From: Gammaproteobacteria bacterium
GTDB taxonomy: Bacteria; Pseudomonadota; Gammaproteobacteria; Eutrophobiales; Eutrophobiaceae
DNA length: 64,000 nt
NCBI GenBank assembly: GCA_965116495.1
Contig: OZ220696.1
Coordinates: 1,760,001-1,824,000, forward strand
Reading direction: 5' to 3'
Shown: piece after piece, positions 17,172-27,120 of the stretch
Position numbering within the stretch: position 1 is the first letter of the stretch
Layout of the letters: each line of letters begins with the position of its first letter
Made by a program: the position numbers and the translations under genes
The notes under the pieces: generated by a model
The model's input: the letters and a program-made list of their open reading frames with translations, nothing else
What the model was told of the DNA's origin: nothing
The model's database searches: none

Positions 17172-19480
17172 CAGAAGTCCTTGCGGACCTCGAGACCGAA
17201 ACTGCGCGGGCGGTTGGTCATGATACGGGGCCGCCCCGGTTTCTCCGCCGCAATGGAACGGTTATCCGACAGGTTGGCGTGTTCGTTGGTCGCGTTTTTC
17301 ACAAACAGGGCCACGTCCCAACTGCCCGCCTGGTATGCGCCGATACGAAAATTAAGCAACTCGAAGGAATCCCTCATCCGCGGCGGCAATATTCCACTGT
17401 TGTTTCCACTGAGACTGTCGTCATACCAGGAATAATCACCACGGATATAACCTTCCCAATCGGCAAACAGCGGGAAGCTGTATTCGGCAGCGGCATTAAA
17501 GGTGACTTCGGGCACCTGGGTAACACGATCTCCTTCTTCCGTACCTGCCAGGGAATTGCCTGTTGTTATCTCGGCATCGGTGTAGCCAAAACCAATGGAT
17601 AAATTCAGGCCTTCTACAGGAACCGCCTCCAGTTCGACTTCAACGCCTTTATTCTTTGCCGCACCGGAATTCGCCACGTACTGGAATCCGCAGGCCAGCC
17701 GGTTCGTCTGCAGAATATCGTCCCAGTTGATATTGAACGCCGACACGTTCAGGTTCACCCGATTTTCAAACCAGGAAGATTTCATGCCCATCTCAAAATT
17801 CCACAGCGAGTCTGAATCGAACGTGGCCACATCCTCGCTGGTAATGCCCAGGCCGGCAAGCTCACCCGCACAAAGAAGCAGCGGTACGGACAGGTTTACG
17901 CCGCCCACGCGAAAACCCTTGGACGCGGAAGCGTAAACCAGCAGGTCGTCAGTGACATCCAGTTCCAGCAGGACCTTGGGCACAACCCTGGAACTGCTGC
18001 GTGAGGTACGCGGCAGGATTGTCGGACCACTGTTGACAAACCCTCCCCGGTCGGAGGTGAAATCGATGGTCGTATCGGACCAGCGCGCACCGGCGGTTAG
18101 TCTCAGGCCATCACTCAGTCTTAACGTCAGCTCACCGAACACCGCAATTTCTTCCGTATCCTGGTCATCGTACGTGTAAAACACCAGGTCGGAGCCCAGC
18201 AGGCCGGGGGGAACCGGCACCGGGAATCCGGGGGCAATACCCGTCAATATTGCATTGAGTGCACCGGTAAACTGCGCATTGATACCGGGTGCGAAGGACG
18301 GCGGATAGGTCAGGATATGTTCCCTGTCCTCGTAGAAGACACCCAGCGTCAAAGCTACATCGTTAAACGGCAGGTCGCCAAAATCGGTAATGAACCGCGT
18401 TTCGTGCACAAACGAAGAGTCCTCCTCTTCTTCATAGACAAAACTGGGTATGTGAGGCTCAGACAAGCCACTGGCCGCAAACAGCAACCCGTCAAGCGTG
18501 CCGGTCTGGTCCTCAAACTCCTCGATCTTTCGGTCGAACCCCGCCGTGGTGGATACGATCTCGCCAAAACCGGTATCGATATTCACGGTTACGCTGGCAA
18601 GCCACCATTCCTCCTCGCCGGGTTCCTCGATGTTGTTATGCCGGGGCACGTCAAAACTGCCCGGGGACAGGTCGGCCAGGGGCAGGTTATCCGAATCGGT
18701 GCGTTGGTACATGAACCGGGGTCTGATGCTGATGTTGTCCGCAGCATTCCACACGAACGAGATGGCGCCGCCGTAAAACTCGTCGTCATCGATGTTGTTC
18801 ACCGTATTGAACGCGAGCCTGTTGGAACCGGCTATATGTACCCGGTCAAACACGCCGGAATTCTGTGCGTAGTAAAATAGCGCACGGGCGCCCAGCACAC
18901 CTTCCACGATCGGCGCGTTCACGCTGCCGTCCACCCGCCAGTTGATGTCTCCCTCCTTGACGTCCGATATTGATGCCCCGAGATAGCCGTCAAACTCGTC
19001 GGCATCTGCCTGTTTCGTGATGACGCGCACCGTCCCGCCCATGGAACGCGCACCGTAAAGGGTGCCCTGGGGGCCGCGTAACACCTCTACCCGGGAAATA
19101 TCCGAGACCCGCGGGTTCATGTATTCCGGCACCGGGATATCGTCGATGTAAAAGCCGGTCGCACCGACCACACCGCCACCGGCCACGCCGCGGATTGCGG
19201 GAGAGCCCGAATTGAACCGGCCGTCAGCCTCGTTACTGAAGCCCAGGTTCGGGATCTTGACGCCGTAGTCGAATATCCCCTCGGCGCCGATACGCTGCAG
19301 TTCAAACTCGCTCAAAGCCGTGATGGACATGGCAGTATCCTGCAGGCTGGTCTCGCGCTTGGTCGCGGTAACGATGATCTCTTCAATAACCTGCGCCTGC
19401 ACCGGTTCCGCGGCAACCGGGCACAGCAGGAATAAAATTACCCATCGCCGGGTAAACATCATGATCTTTTTTCCAATCAT
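17171..19480 (-). CDS. TonB-dependent receptor (TBDR1)
   Basis: EEIIVTATKR TonB box, VEVLRGPQGTLYG plug motif, C-terminal F. Start chosen at ATG 19480 on RBS evidence. Confidence 0.93.
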   Translation of the reverse strand: MIGKKIMMFTRRWVILFLLCPVAAEPVQAQVIEEIIVTATKRETSLQDTAMSITALSEFELQRIGAEGIFDYGVKIPNLGFSNEADGRFNSGSPAIRGVAGGGVVGATGFYIDDIPVPEYMNPRVSDISRVEVLRGPQGTLYGARSMGGTVRVITKQADADEFDGYLGASISDVKEGDINWRVDGSVNAPIVEGVLGARALFYYAQNSGVFDRVHIAGSNRLAFNTVNNIDDDEFYGGAISFVWNAADNISIRPRFMYQRTDSDNLPLADLSPGSFDVPRHNNIEEPGEEEWWLASVTVNIDTGFGEIVSTTAGFDRKIEEFEDQTGTLDGLLFAASGLSEPHIPSFVYEEEEDSSFVHETRFITDFGDLPFNDVALTLGVFYEDREHILTYPPSFAPGINAQFTGALNAILTGIAPGFPVPVPPGLLGSDLVFYTYDDQDTEEIAVFGELTLRLSDGLRLTAGARWSDTTIDFTSDRGGFVNSGPTILPRTSRSSSRVVPKVLLELDVTDDLLVYASASKGFRVGGVNLSVPLLLCAGELAGLGITSEDVATFDSDSLWNFEMGMKSSWFENRVNLNVSAFNINWDDILQTNRLACGFQYVANSGAAKNKGVEVELEAVPVEGLNLSIGFGYTDAEITTGNSLAGTEEGDRVTQVPEVTFNAAAEYSFPLFADWEGYIRGDYSWYDDSLSGNNSGILPPRMRDSFELLNFRIGAYQAGSWDVALFVKNATNEHANLSDNRSIAAEKPGRPRIMTNRPRSFGLEVRKDF

Positions 19481-19607
19481 TACTACCCCCATACAGATGT
19501 ATTTACATGATTTGACAAGGGACAGTATTACTGCTTGAATTAAGGGAGTGTTATCCTCAATGCGCAACATAGACGTATTTTTCAGGCTGAATCGGTGAGT
19601 ATGTGCG

Positions 19608-20597
19608 ATGGATTATCCGATTTGCGCAAAAAAACCTTCGATCAGGAAACTTCATCACCGGGACATCGATGAACAGGCGGCGCGGCTTACCGGTTACGAT
19701 CAATCCTACCAGCAGATCAGCAGGGGTCCTTTCAGCGGCACTTTCACCACCTGTGATATAAACCAGGAACTGAGTCTGTTTTTTGAAAAGACCAACCAGG
19801 TGGTATATCAAAATGCCACGGTCCCGCGTGGTTATTATGCGATCGGCTTGTTGATGAATACCGACAGGACGCTGACTCTGAACTGTGAACCCTTCCCCAA
19901 GGGAGCGGCGTTCATCCTGCCTCCAGGGGCCGAGATGGAGGGTATTTCATCGCCCGATATGAAAATCTGTATCATCCACGTATCCTGCGATTTACTGAAA
20001 CGCGAGCTTCAACACCAGTACCGGGAGTTGAACCTGTTTAAACCGGACCGTATCCCCTATATGCTCGTTAACAACGTTACGGAAACGTGGCCCCTGTATT
20101 CATTGCTGGAAGATTTTCTGACAGGGGCGGATAAAGTGCATCTTTCCCTGGAAGGCGCGAACCAGCTGGAGGCACTCAAAAATATCCTGCTGGAAACAAT
20201 ATGTTCGGTGTTTATCACCAGGAACGAGTCTGACAGGAATAAAACCGGCATGACGACAAGAACCAAACACCAGCGGCTGTTCCATGATGCACTCGACATA
20301 ATCAAGGATAATATTTGTGAAGAATTGACGGTCGGGAAGCTGTGCGAAGAACTGACGGCATCACGGCGCACACTGGAATACGTATTCAATGAGAACATCA
20401 GGATGAGCCCGGCCAAGTATATCAGGGCCTTGCGCCTCAATAACATCAGGCGGGAAATCCTGTCGGAGGAACACAGCACCCTGGGCGACATCGCGGCGAA
20501 ATGGGGCATCTGGCACCTGGGCCGCTTCGCCAAGGATTATTACCGGCTTTTCGGAGAACTGCCCTCCGCGACGAAAGGGAGTGTTTACCGGCGTTAA
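19608..20597 (+). CDS. AraC-family transcriptional regulator (EutR-like N-terminus)
   Basis: C-terminal IAAKWGIWHLGRFAKDYYRLFGELPS; divergent from TBDR1. Confidence 0.9.
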   Translation: MDYPICAKKPSIRKLHHRDIDEQAARLTGYDQSYQQISRGPFSGTFTTCDINQELSLFFEKTNQVVYQNATVPRGYYAIGLLMNTDRTLTLNCEPFPKGAAFILPPGAEMEGISSPDMKICIIHVSCDLLKRELQHQYRELNLFKPDRIPYMLVNNVTETWPLYSLLEDFLTGADKVHLSLEGANQLEALKNILLETICSVFITRNESDRNKTGMTTRTKHQRLFHDALDIIKDNICEELTVGKLCEELTASRRTLEYVFNENIRMSPAKYIRALRLNNIRREILSEEHSTLGDIAAKWGIWHLGRFAKDYYRLFGELPSATKGSVYRR

Positions 20598-20612
20598 CGG
20601 GTAAAAGAGCCC

Positions 20613-20705
20613 GGGGACGAAGAGCCTGAGGACGGACCCCCGCTTACAACATGCGGGGGCAATCAAATCCGTCCCCTGTAACTCCCTGAAACTCCCTGTA
20701 ATTCG
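20613..20705. repeat. GGGGAC-ended palindromic element with 10-bp tail duplications
   Basis: GGGGACG...AAATCCGTCCCC followed by CCTGTAACTC/CCTGAAACTC/CCTGTAATTC. Confidence 0.6.
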
Positions 20706-20711
20706 TACCTG

Positions 20712-21776
20712 CTACAAGGCGTCCTGACCCAGGACTCCGCGCCGGACCTGGTCCTGCTCGATGGATTCAAACAGTGCCTGAAAATTGCCTTCGCCAAATC
20801 CCTCGTTGCCCTTGCGCTGGATAATTTCGAAGAAAATCGGCCCGATCACATTCCCGGTGAAGATCTGGAGCAGAGTCCCCTGATCTTCAGTGGGAGCACC
20901 GTCAATCAATATGCGGCGCTGTCTCAGGGCGTTCAGGTCTTCGCCGTGGCCCGGCAAGCGCCGGTCTACCCCGTCATAGTAGCTGTCGGGCGTATCCTGG
21001 AATACGACGTCGTGGCTGCGTAAGGCATCCACGGTCGCATAGATGTCATCCGTTGCCAGGGCGATGTGCTGGATGCCCTCACCGCGATATTCACTGAGAT
21101 ACTCCTCGATTTGTGATTTGTCGTCGGCAGATTCGTTGATCGGTATTCGAATCTTCCCGCACGGACTGGTCATGGCGCGGCTTTTCAGCCCGGTCAGTTT
21201 CCCTTCGATATCGAAATACTTCAGTTCGCGGAAGCTGAATAATGTCTCGTAGAACCCGGCCCACTTGTCCATATTACCGCGCCGGACGTTGTGGGTAAGG
21301 TGGTCCACACAGGTCAACCCGGTGCGCATGACCCGGTAATCGGTCTCAACCGGGACGAAATCCACGTCGTAGATGTTCCTGTCTCCATAACGGTCGACCA
21401 GGTACACGCGGCTGCCGCCGATCCCCTCAATGGCAGGGATATTCAATTCCATTGGTCCGGGCCTGGTTTCCACACCTTGCGCGCCCAGGTCAAGGGCCCG
21501 GGCATAGGCCCCGGCCGCGTCCCTCACCCGGAATGCGACGGCGCAGGTGGACGGTCCGTGCTGCTCGGCAAAGCGCTGTGCAAAACTGTCCGGTTCGGCG
21601 TTGATGATAAAGTTGATATCACCCTGTGAATGTAATGTGACGTTCTTGCCGCGGTGTTTTGCCGTTGCGGGAAAACCCATTTTTTCAAACAGGTCGCGCA
21701 GCAATTCCGGGTCGGGCGCGGTATATTCGATAAATTCGAAGCCGTCGGTGCCCATGGGGTTGTGGGTGTCGGTCAT
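20712..21776 (-). CDS. hppD: 4-hydroxyphenylpyruvate dioxygenase
   Basis: NPMGTDGFEFIEY, DHLTHNV, GIQHIAL, FFEIIQRKGNEGFGEGNF. Start MTDTHN with GAGG RBS. Confidence 0.96.
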   Translation of the reverse strand: MTDTHNPMGTDGFEFIEYTAPDPELLRDLFEKMGFPATAKHRGKNVTLHSQGDINFIINAEPDSFAQRFAEQHGPSTCAVAFRVRDAAGAYARALDLGAQGVETRPGPMELNIPAIEGIGGSRVYLVDRYGDRNIYDVDFVPVETDYRVMRTGLTCVDHLTHNVRRGNMDKWAGFYETLFSFRELKYFDIEGKLTGLKSRAMTSPCGKIRIPINESADDKSQIEEYLSEYRGEGIQHIALATDDIYATVDALRSHDVVFQDTPDSYYDGVDRRLPGHGEDLNALRQRRILIDGAPTEDQGTLLQIFTGNVIGPIFFEIIQRKGNEGFGEGNFQALFESIEQDQVRRGVLGQDAL

Positions 21777-21792
21777 ATTCACCTCTGTCGGA

Positions 21793-21832
21793 TAGTTGCT
21801 TACACAACTAATATTAGTTGCATAAACAACTA
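21793..21832. promoter_or_regulatory. Tandem TAGTTG-N6-CAACTA operators upstream of hppD
   Basis: Two 18-bp palindromes (21793-21810, 21815-21832) between hppD and a divergent MarR gene. Confidence 0.75.
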
Positions 21833-21969
21833 TTGTCAACATTTTATGAGTACTAAGTAACTTGACACGGTGTTGGTCATAACTCAGAATTGTTTCAAGG
21901 AGACAACATACCAGGGGCAATACGAACAGGACAGGTTGTCAGGATTTTGAAGGATACAGGAAAGGAACA

Positions 21970-22197
21970 ATGTCTGAAATCGACAAGATCAAAGAGGAGA
22001 TTGGCTGGCTGAAGGTAGTATTCGGACTGTTAATTGTCACTGATATTTCTTTGATCGGATGGATAGCCCGGAATATAGTTAAGATTCATAGCTTGGTTCT
22101 ATTTGCGGCCATCATCATAGTTGCATTAGTTACATTGATCATTATGGTAATTAACCGACGTGTATATAGAAAGCTCGACGATTTGGGAGACTTGTAA
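21970..22197 (+). CDS. Small two-TM hypothetical protein
   Basis: 75 aa, AAGGA RBS, two hydrophobic segments, AT-rich. Confidence 0.7.
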   Translation: MSEIDKIKEEIGWLKVVFGLLIVTDISLIGWIARNIVKIHSLVLFAAIIIVALVTLIIMVINRRVYRKLDDLGDL

Positions 22198-22301
22198 TGG
22201 TATTAGGTGAATGGTTGGTTCTATTGGCGGGTCTTATATTCATAATCGGCATCAGCAAAATAGGCTGGGATATCGTTACTCATGACAAAAAGCGTCGCTG
22301 A
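22197..22301 (+). CDS. 34-aa single-TM peptide (not in ORF track)
   Basis: MVLGEWLVLLAGLIFIIGISKIGWDIVTHDKKRR*. TAATG overlap with the upstream stop, GGGAGA RBS, basic C-tail. Confidence 0.55.
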   Translation: MVLGEWLVLLAGLIFIIGISKIGWDIVTHDKKRR

Positions 22302-22348
22302 CAGCTGACTTTTGCCTGCAAATCGGCGCATCGCAAATACAAACTGCT

Positions 22349-22801
22349 TTGCGACATCGTAAACCCCTGCAACTCGAATCATTCCTGCCCTACCGGTTGT
22401 CCCTGCTGTCGAATGCCGTCAGCGGCGCCATCGCTGCTGTCTATGGGGACAAGTTCGCCATTTCCATGCCGGAGTGGCGCATCATGATGATCCTGGCGGA
22501 ATACCCGGACGTGTCGGCCGATGAGGTGTGCCGGCGCACAAAAATAGAAAAATCCGTGGTCTCCCGCGCCGTGGCGCGGTTACTCAAGCGTCATTTCATC
22601 AACCGTGAAATCGATGAAGATGACAGGCGCCGTTCAATCCTGAGACTTTCCGAAACCGGCTTATCCGTTTATGATGAAGTGATGCCCATAGCCAGGGATT
22701 ATGAAGCAAAATTATTATCCGGTTTGACCGCTGAAGAGATGGAAACCTTCAACACCATGATTGACAAACTGCTGGAAAAGGCATCCCGTATTGAATACTG
22801 A
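22349..22801 (+). CDS. MarR-family transcriptional regulator
   Basis: LESFLPYRLS, EWRIMMIL, KSVVSRAV, DRRRSILRLSETG. Confidence 0.9.
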   Translation: MRHRKPLQLESFLPYRLSLLSNAVSGAIAAVYGDKFAISMPEWRIMMILAEYPDVSADEVCRRTKIEKSVVSRAVARLLKRHFINREIDEDDRRRSILRLSETGLSVYDEVMPIARDYEAKLLSGLTAEEMETFNTMIDKLLEKASRIEY

Positions 22802-22817
22802 CAAAGCAGTTCTAAAA

Positions 22818-22841
22818 GGGGACGGAATTAATTCCGTCCCC
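22818..22841. repeat. GGGGAC-ended perfect 24-bp palindrome
   Basis: GGGGACGGAATTAATTCCGTCCCC; near-identical to 47192-47215. Confidence 0.8.
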
Positions 22842-22909
22842 CGCCTGCACTGCGTTCCCCACCCGTCCTGCGTCACTAACGCATCATGCAATTTAACTGG
22901 AGATGAACT

Positions 22910-23998
22910 ATGGAATTAGCCGTACTCGGCGGCGGACATGGCAGTTATGCCGCCGCCGCGACCCTCACCGAACAAGGTCACCAGGTGCGTTTCTGGCGCC
23001 GCAACAGTGAGGCCTTCGAACCGGTACTGAAATCAAAATCCATTACCGTCCTCGACAGTAAAGGCAAACGGGACGTGGAAATCCATCGGGTTACGACCAA
23101 CCTCGCCGAAGCTGTAGACGGCGTGGAGTTAATCGTCATTCCCCTGCCGGCGTCGGTCCATGAAGCCCTGGCCCGGGAACTGGCGCCCCACCTGAAAGAC
23201 GGCCAGGTCGTCTACCTGCCGCCGGGCACTTTCGGCAGCTACCTGTTTGCCCGGGCCATGCGTGACGCAGGCAACCAGGCTGACGCCAGTTTTGCGGAAA
23301 CCGGCACGTTGCCTTACCTGGCCCGGAAACGCGCGGCTGACCTGGTCGCCATCAGCGGCTATGCCACGCGTCTGCCCAGCGGCGTCTTCCCGGCAAAAAA
23401 CTCGCAGCACGCCTTTCCGATACTGGAGCAGGCATACCCGGTCATAGAACGTATCGAAGACGCCCTGAGCGGGGCCCTGATGAATGCCGGACCGATAATT
23501 CACCCGCCATTAATCATGATGAACGCCGGTCCCATGGAGCATTTTGACGAGTGGGACATCCATAACGAAGGCACGCAACCTTCTATCCGGCGCGTCACGG
23601 ATGTACTTGATTCAGAGCGGATTGCCATCCGCGAGGCATTCGGTTATGCCCCGCCCCATTTCCCCCTGGCCGACCATTACAGCCTGGGCGGTGATGAGTG
23701 GATGTACGGCAACGCCGCCCATGAAAGACTGACGGACAGTGCGGACTGGCGCGAATACATCGACCTGATAAACCACCGTTATATGACCGAAGACATGGAA
23801 CTGGGGCTGGCCCTGCTGGTTTCCTGCGCCGATTACCATGGGCTGGACACACCCGTATCCCGCGGCCTGCTGGCGCTCGGGTCGGCGATAACGGGACGGG
23901 ATTTCCGTGAGACGGGTCGCACCCTGGGAAACCTGGGCCTGGCGCACCTGGAGCGTTCAGAGCTGACGGAATTGCTGTATAAAGGTATCCGCAGATGA
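22910..23998 (+). CDS. NAD/NADP-dependent opine (octopine/nopaline) dehydrogenase family
   Basis: VLGGGHG Rossmann motif, AETGTLPY, N-x-G-P-I-I-H-P, HRYMTED. Confidence 0.85.
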   Translation: MELAVLGGGHGSYAAAATLTEQGHQVRFWRRNSEAFEPVLKSKSITVLDSKGKRDVEIHRVTTNLAEAVDGVELIVIPLPASVHEALARELAPHLKDGQVVYLPPGTFGSYLFARAMRDAGNQADASFAETGTLPYLARKRAADLVAISGYATRLPSGVFPAKNSQHAFPILEQAYPVIERIEDALSGALMNAGPIIHPPLIMMNAGPMEHFDEWDIHNEGTQPSIRRVTDVLDSERIAIREAFGYAPPHFPLADHYSLGGDEWMYGNAAHERLTDSADWREYIDLINHRYMTEDMELGLALLVSCADYHGLDTPVSRGLLALGSAITGRDFRETGRTLGNLGLAHLERSELTELLYKGIRR

Positions 23999-24098
23999 CG
24001 CAGATTACCGCAGATTTCTTATGCCGGAAGGGGGACAGTGATCATGGATGTAAATCTACGATGGCGTTCTTTTTGAGGCTTGGTTCCCGGGGTATTCG

Positions 24099-25085
24099 AT
24101 GACGGATAGGCACATACTGGCCGTGGGTGCCGGACGCATGGGCAGAGGTATCGCCCACATGTTCTCCTACGCGGGTTACCCGGTTACGCTTCTTGACGTA
24201 AAGGACCGCGACGGAGACGGGTTCGGGCAACTGGTCGAAGCCGCACTGGCTGAAATCGAATCAAATCTCATGTTCCTGTCCGGGCTTGGTCACATTACAC
24301 AGGCCCAGGTAAATAAAGTCATCGAACTCGTTCAGATCAGACCGCTTGCGAGTGCCGCTGATGAGCTTGCCGCGGCTGATGTCATTATCGAAGCGGTGCC
24401 GGAGACCCGGGAGGCGAAACAGAAGGCGCTCGAACTGATCGGTGAGCATGCCCGGGATGATGCCATCGTGACCTCGACAACCTCTTCAATGGTGGTGACC
24501 GAACTCGCACAGTGGGTAGCGCGGCCGGATCGTTTCCTGAACACGCATTTTCTCAACCCTGCATACCTTATTCCTCTGGTGGAGGTCAGTCCCTCCCCGG
24601 ATACCGAGGAAAGCGCGGTAACAGACATCATCGCCCTGTTTGAAGCAATCGGCAAAGTACCGGTACGGTGTTCGGCCGCGCCGGGCTATATCATCCCGCG
24701 GCTGCAATCCCTGCTGATGGCGGAAGCCTGCCGCATGGTGGAAGAAGGTGTGGCCACGCCGGAAGAACTCGACAAGGCCATCACCCACGGCTTCGGTCCG
24801 CGTTATGCCTCCCTGGGTGTGATGGAGTTCATCGACTGGGGCGGAGTAGACATCCTCTACTACGCCGGCCACTACCTGTCCAAGGCACTGGATTCCCCGC
24901 GCCATGCCCCGCCTGAGGAGGTAACAAGGATGATGGAAGACGGGCGCAAAGGGCTGCGCGAAGGACGGGGGTACTACGATTTCCGCGACATCGACGTAAA
25001 CGCCTGGCAAAAGGAAAAGCTGACCCGATTCGTGACCCTGCTGGACAGCCTGGGGCAAATACCCAGGCCCGGCGTTGGAGAATAA
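24099..25085 (+). CDS. 3-hydroxyacyl-CoA dehydrogenase family protein
   Basis: GAGRMGRGIA, IIEAVPE, HFLNPAYLIPLVEV, PGYIIPR. Confidence 0.88.
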   Translation: MTDRHILAVGAGRMGRGIAHMFSYAGYPVTLLDVKDRDGDGFGQLVEAALAEIESNLMFLSGLGHITQAQVNKVIELVQIRPLASAADELAAADVIIEAVPETREAKQKALELIGEHARDDAIVTSTTSSMVVTELAQWVARPDRFLNTHFLNPAYLIPLVEVSPSPDTEESAVTDIIALFEAIGKVPVRCSAAPGYIIPRLQSLLMAEACRMVEEGVATPEELDKAITHGFGPRYASLGVMEFIDWGGVDILYYAGHYLSKALDSPRHAPPEEVTRMMEDGRKGLREGRGYYDFRDIDVNAWQKEKLTRFVTLLDSLGQIPRPGVGE

Positions 25086-25100
25086 GGAATGTCTGGATGA

Positions 25101-25206
25101 CTTGATTCCGGCATTCGCCGGAATGACGGCCGCCTCTCTCGTCATGCCGGGCGCATATCGTCATGCCGGGCGCGTATCGTCGTGCCGGGCTTGACCCGGC
25201 ATCCAG
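25101..25206. repeat. Cluster of CGTC-ended palindromes with 19-bp tandem duplications
   Basis: ATTCCGGC-ATTC-GCCGGAATGACG, then three CGTC[A/G]TGCCGGGC units, the last completing a GCCGGG-CTTGA-CCCGGC hairpin; between convergent genes. Confidence 0.8.
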
Positions 25207-25215
25207 TCATACAGG

Positions 25216-25836
25216 CTAATCAGTCCGGATGATGCCGTTAACCTTCATATAGTTGACGATTATTTCAACCTCTTCCGCAAGCGTCATACTGTCGGTATGG
25301 AGATGGATTTCCGGGCTTTCCGGTTCCTCGTAAGGGTCGTCGATCCCGGTAAAGTTCCTGATCTCCCCTGCCCTGGCTTTCCTGTACAAGCCCTTGGGGT
25401 CGCGCTGCTCCGCCACATCCAGGGAACAATCCACGTGGACTTCGATAAAATCGAAGCCCGCATCCTGGTGCAGTTCCCGCACGCGGTCACGGTCCTCGCG
25501 GTAAGGGCTGATAAAGGCGGACAGGACCAGCAGACCCGCATCCACGAACAGTTTCGAGATCTCGCCGATACGGCGGATATTCTCGGTCCGATCCTCCGCG
25601 GAGAACCCCAGGTTCCTGTTGATACCCATACGGATATTGTCGCCGTCCAGCCGGTAGCTCAATTTGCCGCGTTCGTACAGGGCTGCCTCGAGCGCGACGG
25701 CTATGGTGCTCTTGCCGCTACCCGACAAGCCGGTAAACCAGAGCGTCGCGCCTTTCTGCCCCAGAAACCGGTTCCGGTCCTCCCGGGTGATGTCTCCTTC
25801 ATGCCAGTGGACGTTGGTCGCTTTTTGTTTTGTCAT
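25216..25836 (-). CDS. cysC: Adenylyl-sulfate kinase
   Basis: [35 protein letters not shown]. Start MTKQK at 25836. Confidence 0.95.
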   Translation of the reverse strand: MTKQKATNVHWHEGDITREDRNRFLGQKGATLWFTGLSGSGKSTIAVALEAALYERGKLSYRLDGDNIRMGINRNLGFSAEDRTENIRRIGEISKLFVDAGLLVLSAFISPYREDRDRVRELHQDAGFDFIEVHVDCSLDVAEQRDPKGLYRKARAGEIRNFTGIDDPYEEPESPEIHLHTDSMTLAEEVEIIVNYMKVNGIIRTD

Positions 25837-25936
25837 ATGTTGGTTCCGTGTTTCACCGTTCCAGTCTGCCGGATAGTTTGAAGTCAGTTTAACATGTAAC
25901 ATAATCCCCAATTGCAAGCAGAATACATCTAACAGA

Positions 25937-27118
25937 GTGAATAACGACAGAAATCCGGTAGTCATCAGTTATGCTGCCACCAGGGTGGGACGGCTGGAAC
26001 AAAAACGGTTTGAACACGAAATCCTGGCGGACATGGTCATCGATGCCGTGCGCACTGCCGGACTCGACAAGACTGATATCGGTTCCGCCGTATTTACCGC
26101 ACCGACACCAGCCACACGCCAACGGGCTTTCGCCACGTTCATGGCGAGCCGGTTGGGGTTACACTGTCAGGGACAGATAGCGGAAGTCAGCAACCTGGGC
26201 ATTACCGGCGGCCTGGCATTCGAGCAGGCCTGCGCCGATGTAGCCGGCGGGCGGGCCCGGGTTGCGCTGGCGCTTGGGATAGAGTACAGCAGCGCCGTCG
26301 ATGCCGCGACCATGATGGAACAGGGGATTCGGGCCGCCGGTGACGTGAATTTCCAGACACCCTTCGGCCTGACGCCTATCGCCTGGTACGCGCTGGACGC
26401 CGACCGTTACCTGTACGAGACCGGGACCACCCGCCGGGACCTGGCCGCAATCGCGGTCAAGAACCGCCAACATGCCATGCTCAATCCCCTGGCCCAGTTT
26501 CAGACCCCGCTGACTGTCGCAGACGTCCTGGAACAACCCCCGATCGTTGAGCCGCTCGGGCGCTACGACGTGCCGGCGCGCAGCGATGGCGCTATCTGCA
26601 TGGTAATCACGTCGGAAGCGGTTGCCCGCGGGCTGGACAAACCCTTCCTGCGCGTGCTGGGACGAGGCTTTTCCCATGACGGGCGCCACCAGATGGGATC
26701 GTCGCCTCATGACATCACCGATTTTCCCGCTGCCCGGCAGGCGACGGCGACGGCCCTGGAAGACGCCGCCGTTAACCTCGAACAGGTTGATGTCGCCGAG
26801 TTGTATGCCCCCTGCACGATCACGGAAGCGCTGGTCGTCGAAGCAATCGGGCTGGCAGGAAAAGGCAGGGGAGCTATCGCCGCAGTCGACGGCGAGACTG
26901 CCATCGGCGGGCGCATCCCGGTATGCACGTCCGGCGGCTGCCTGTCACGGGGGCATCCGCCCGGACTGACCGCACTGTACGGCATCGCCGAGTTATTCGA
27001 CCAACTCCTGCACAGGGCAGGCGAACGCCAGGTTGCCGGTGCCGGACTGGGACTGCACCTGTGCGAACTGGGAAATTACAACGCCGCCCTCGCCCACGTA
27101 ATGGACGCAGGTAACTGA
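25937..27118 (+). CDS. SCP2-type thiolase-fold protein lacking the nucleophilic Cys
   Basis: [26 protein letters not shown]; EVSNLGITG in place of the usual xxxCASG. Confidence 0.85.
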   Translation: MNNDRNPVVISYAATRVGRLEQKRFEHEILADMVIDAVRTAGLDKTDIGSAVFTAPTPATRQRAFATFMASRLGLHCQGQIAEVSNLGITGGLAFEQACADVAGGRARVALALGIEYSSAVDAATMMEQGIRAAGDVNFQTPFGLTPIAWYALDADRYLYETGTTRRDLAAIAVKNRQHAMLNPLAQFQTPLTVADVLEQPPIVEPLGRYDVPARSDGAICMVITSEAVARGLDKPFLRVLGRGFSHDGRHQMGSSPHDITDFPAARQATATALEDAAVNLEQVDVAELYAPCTITEALVVEAIGLAGKGRGAIAAVDGETAIGGRIPVCTSGGCLSRGHPPGLTALYGIAELFDQLLHRAGERQVAGAGLGLHLCELGNYNAALAHVMDAGN

Positions 27119-27120
27119 CC

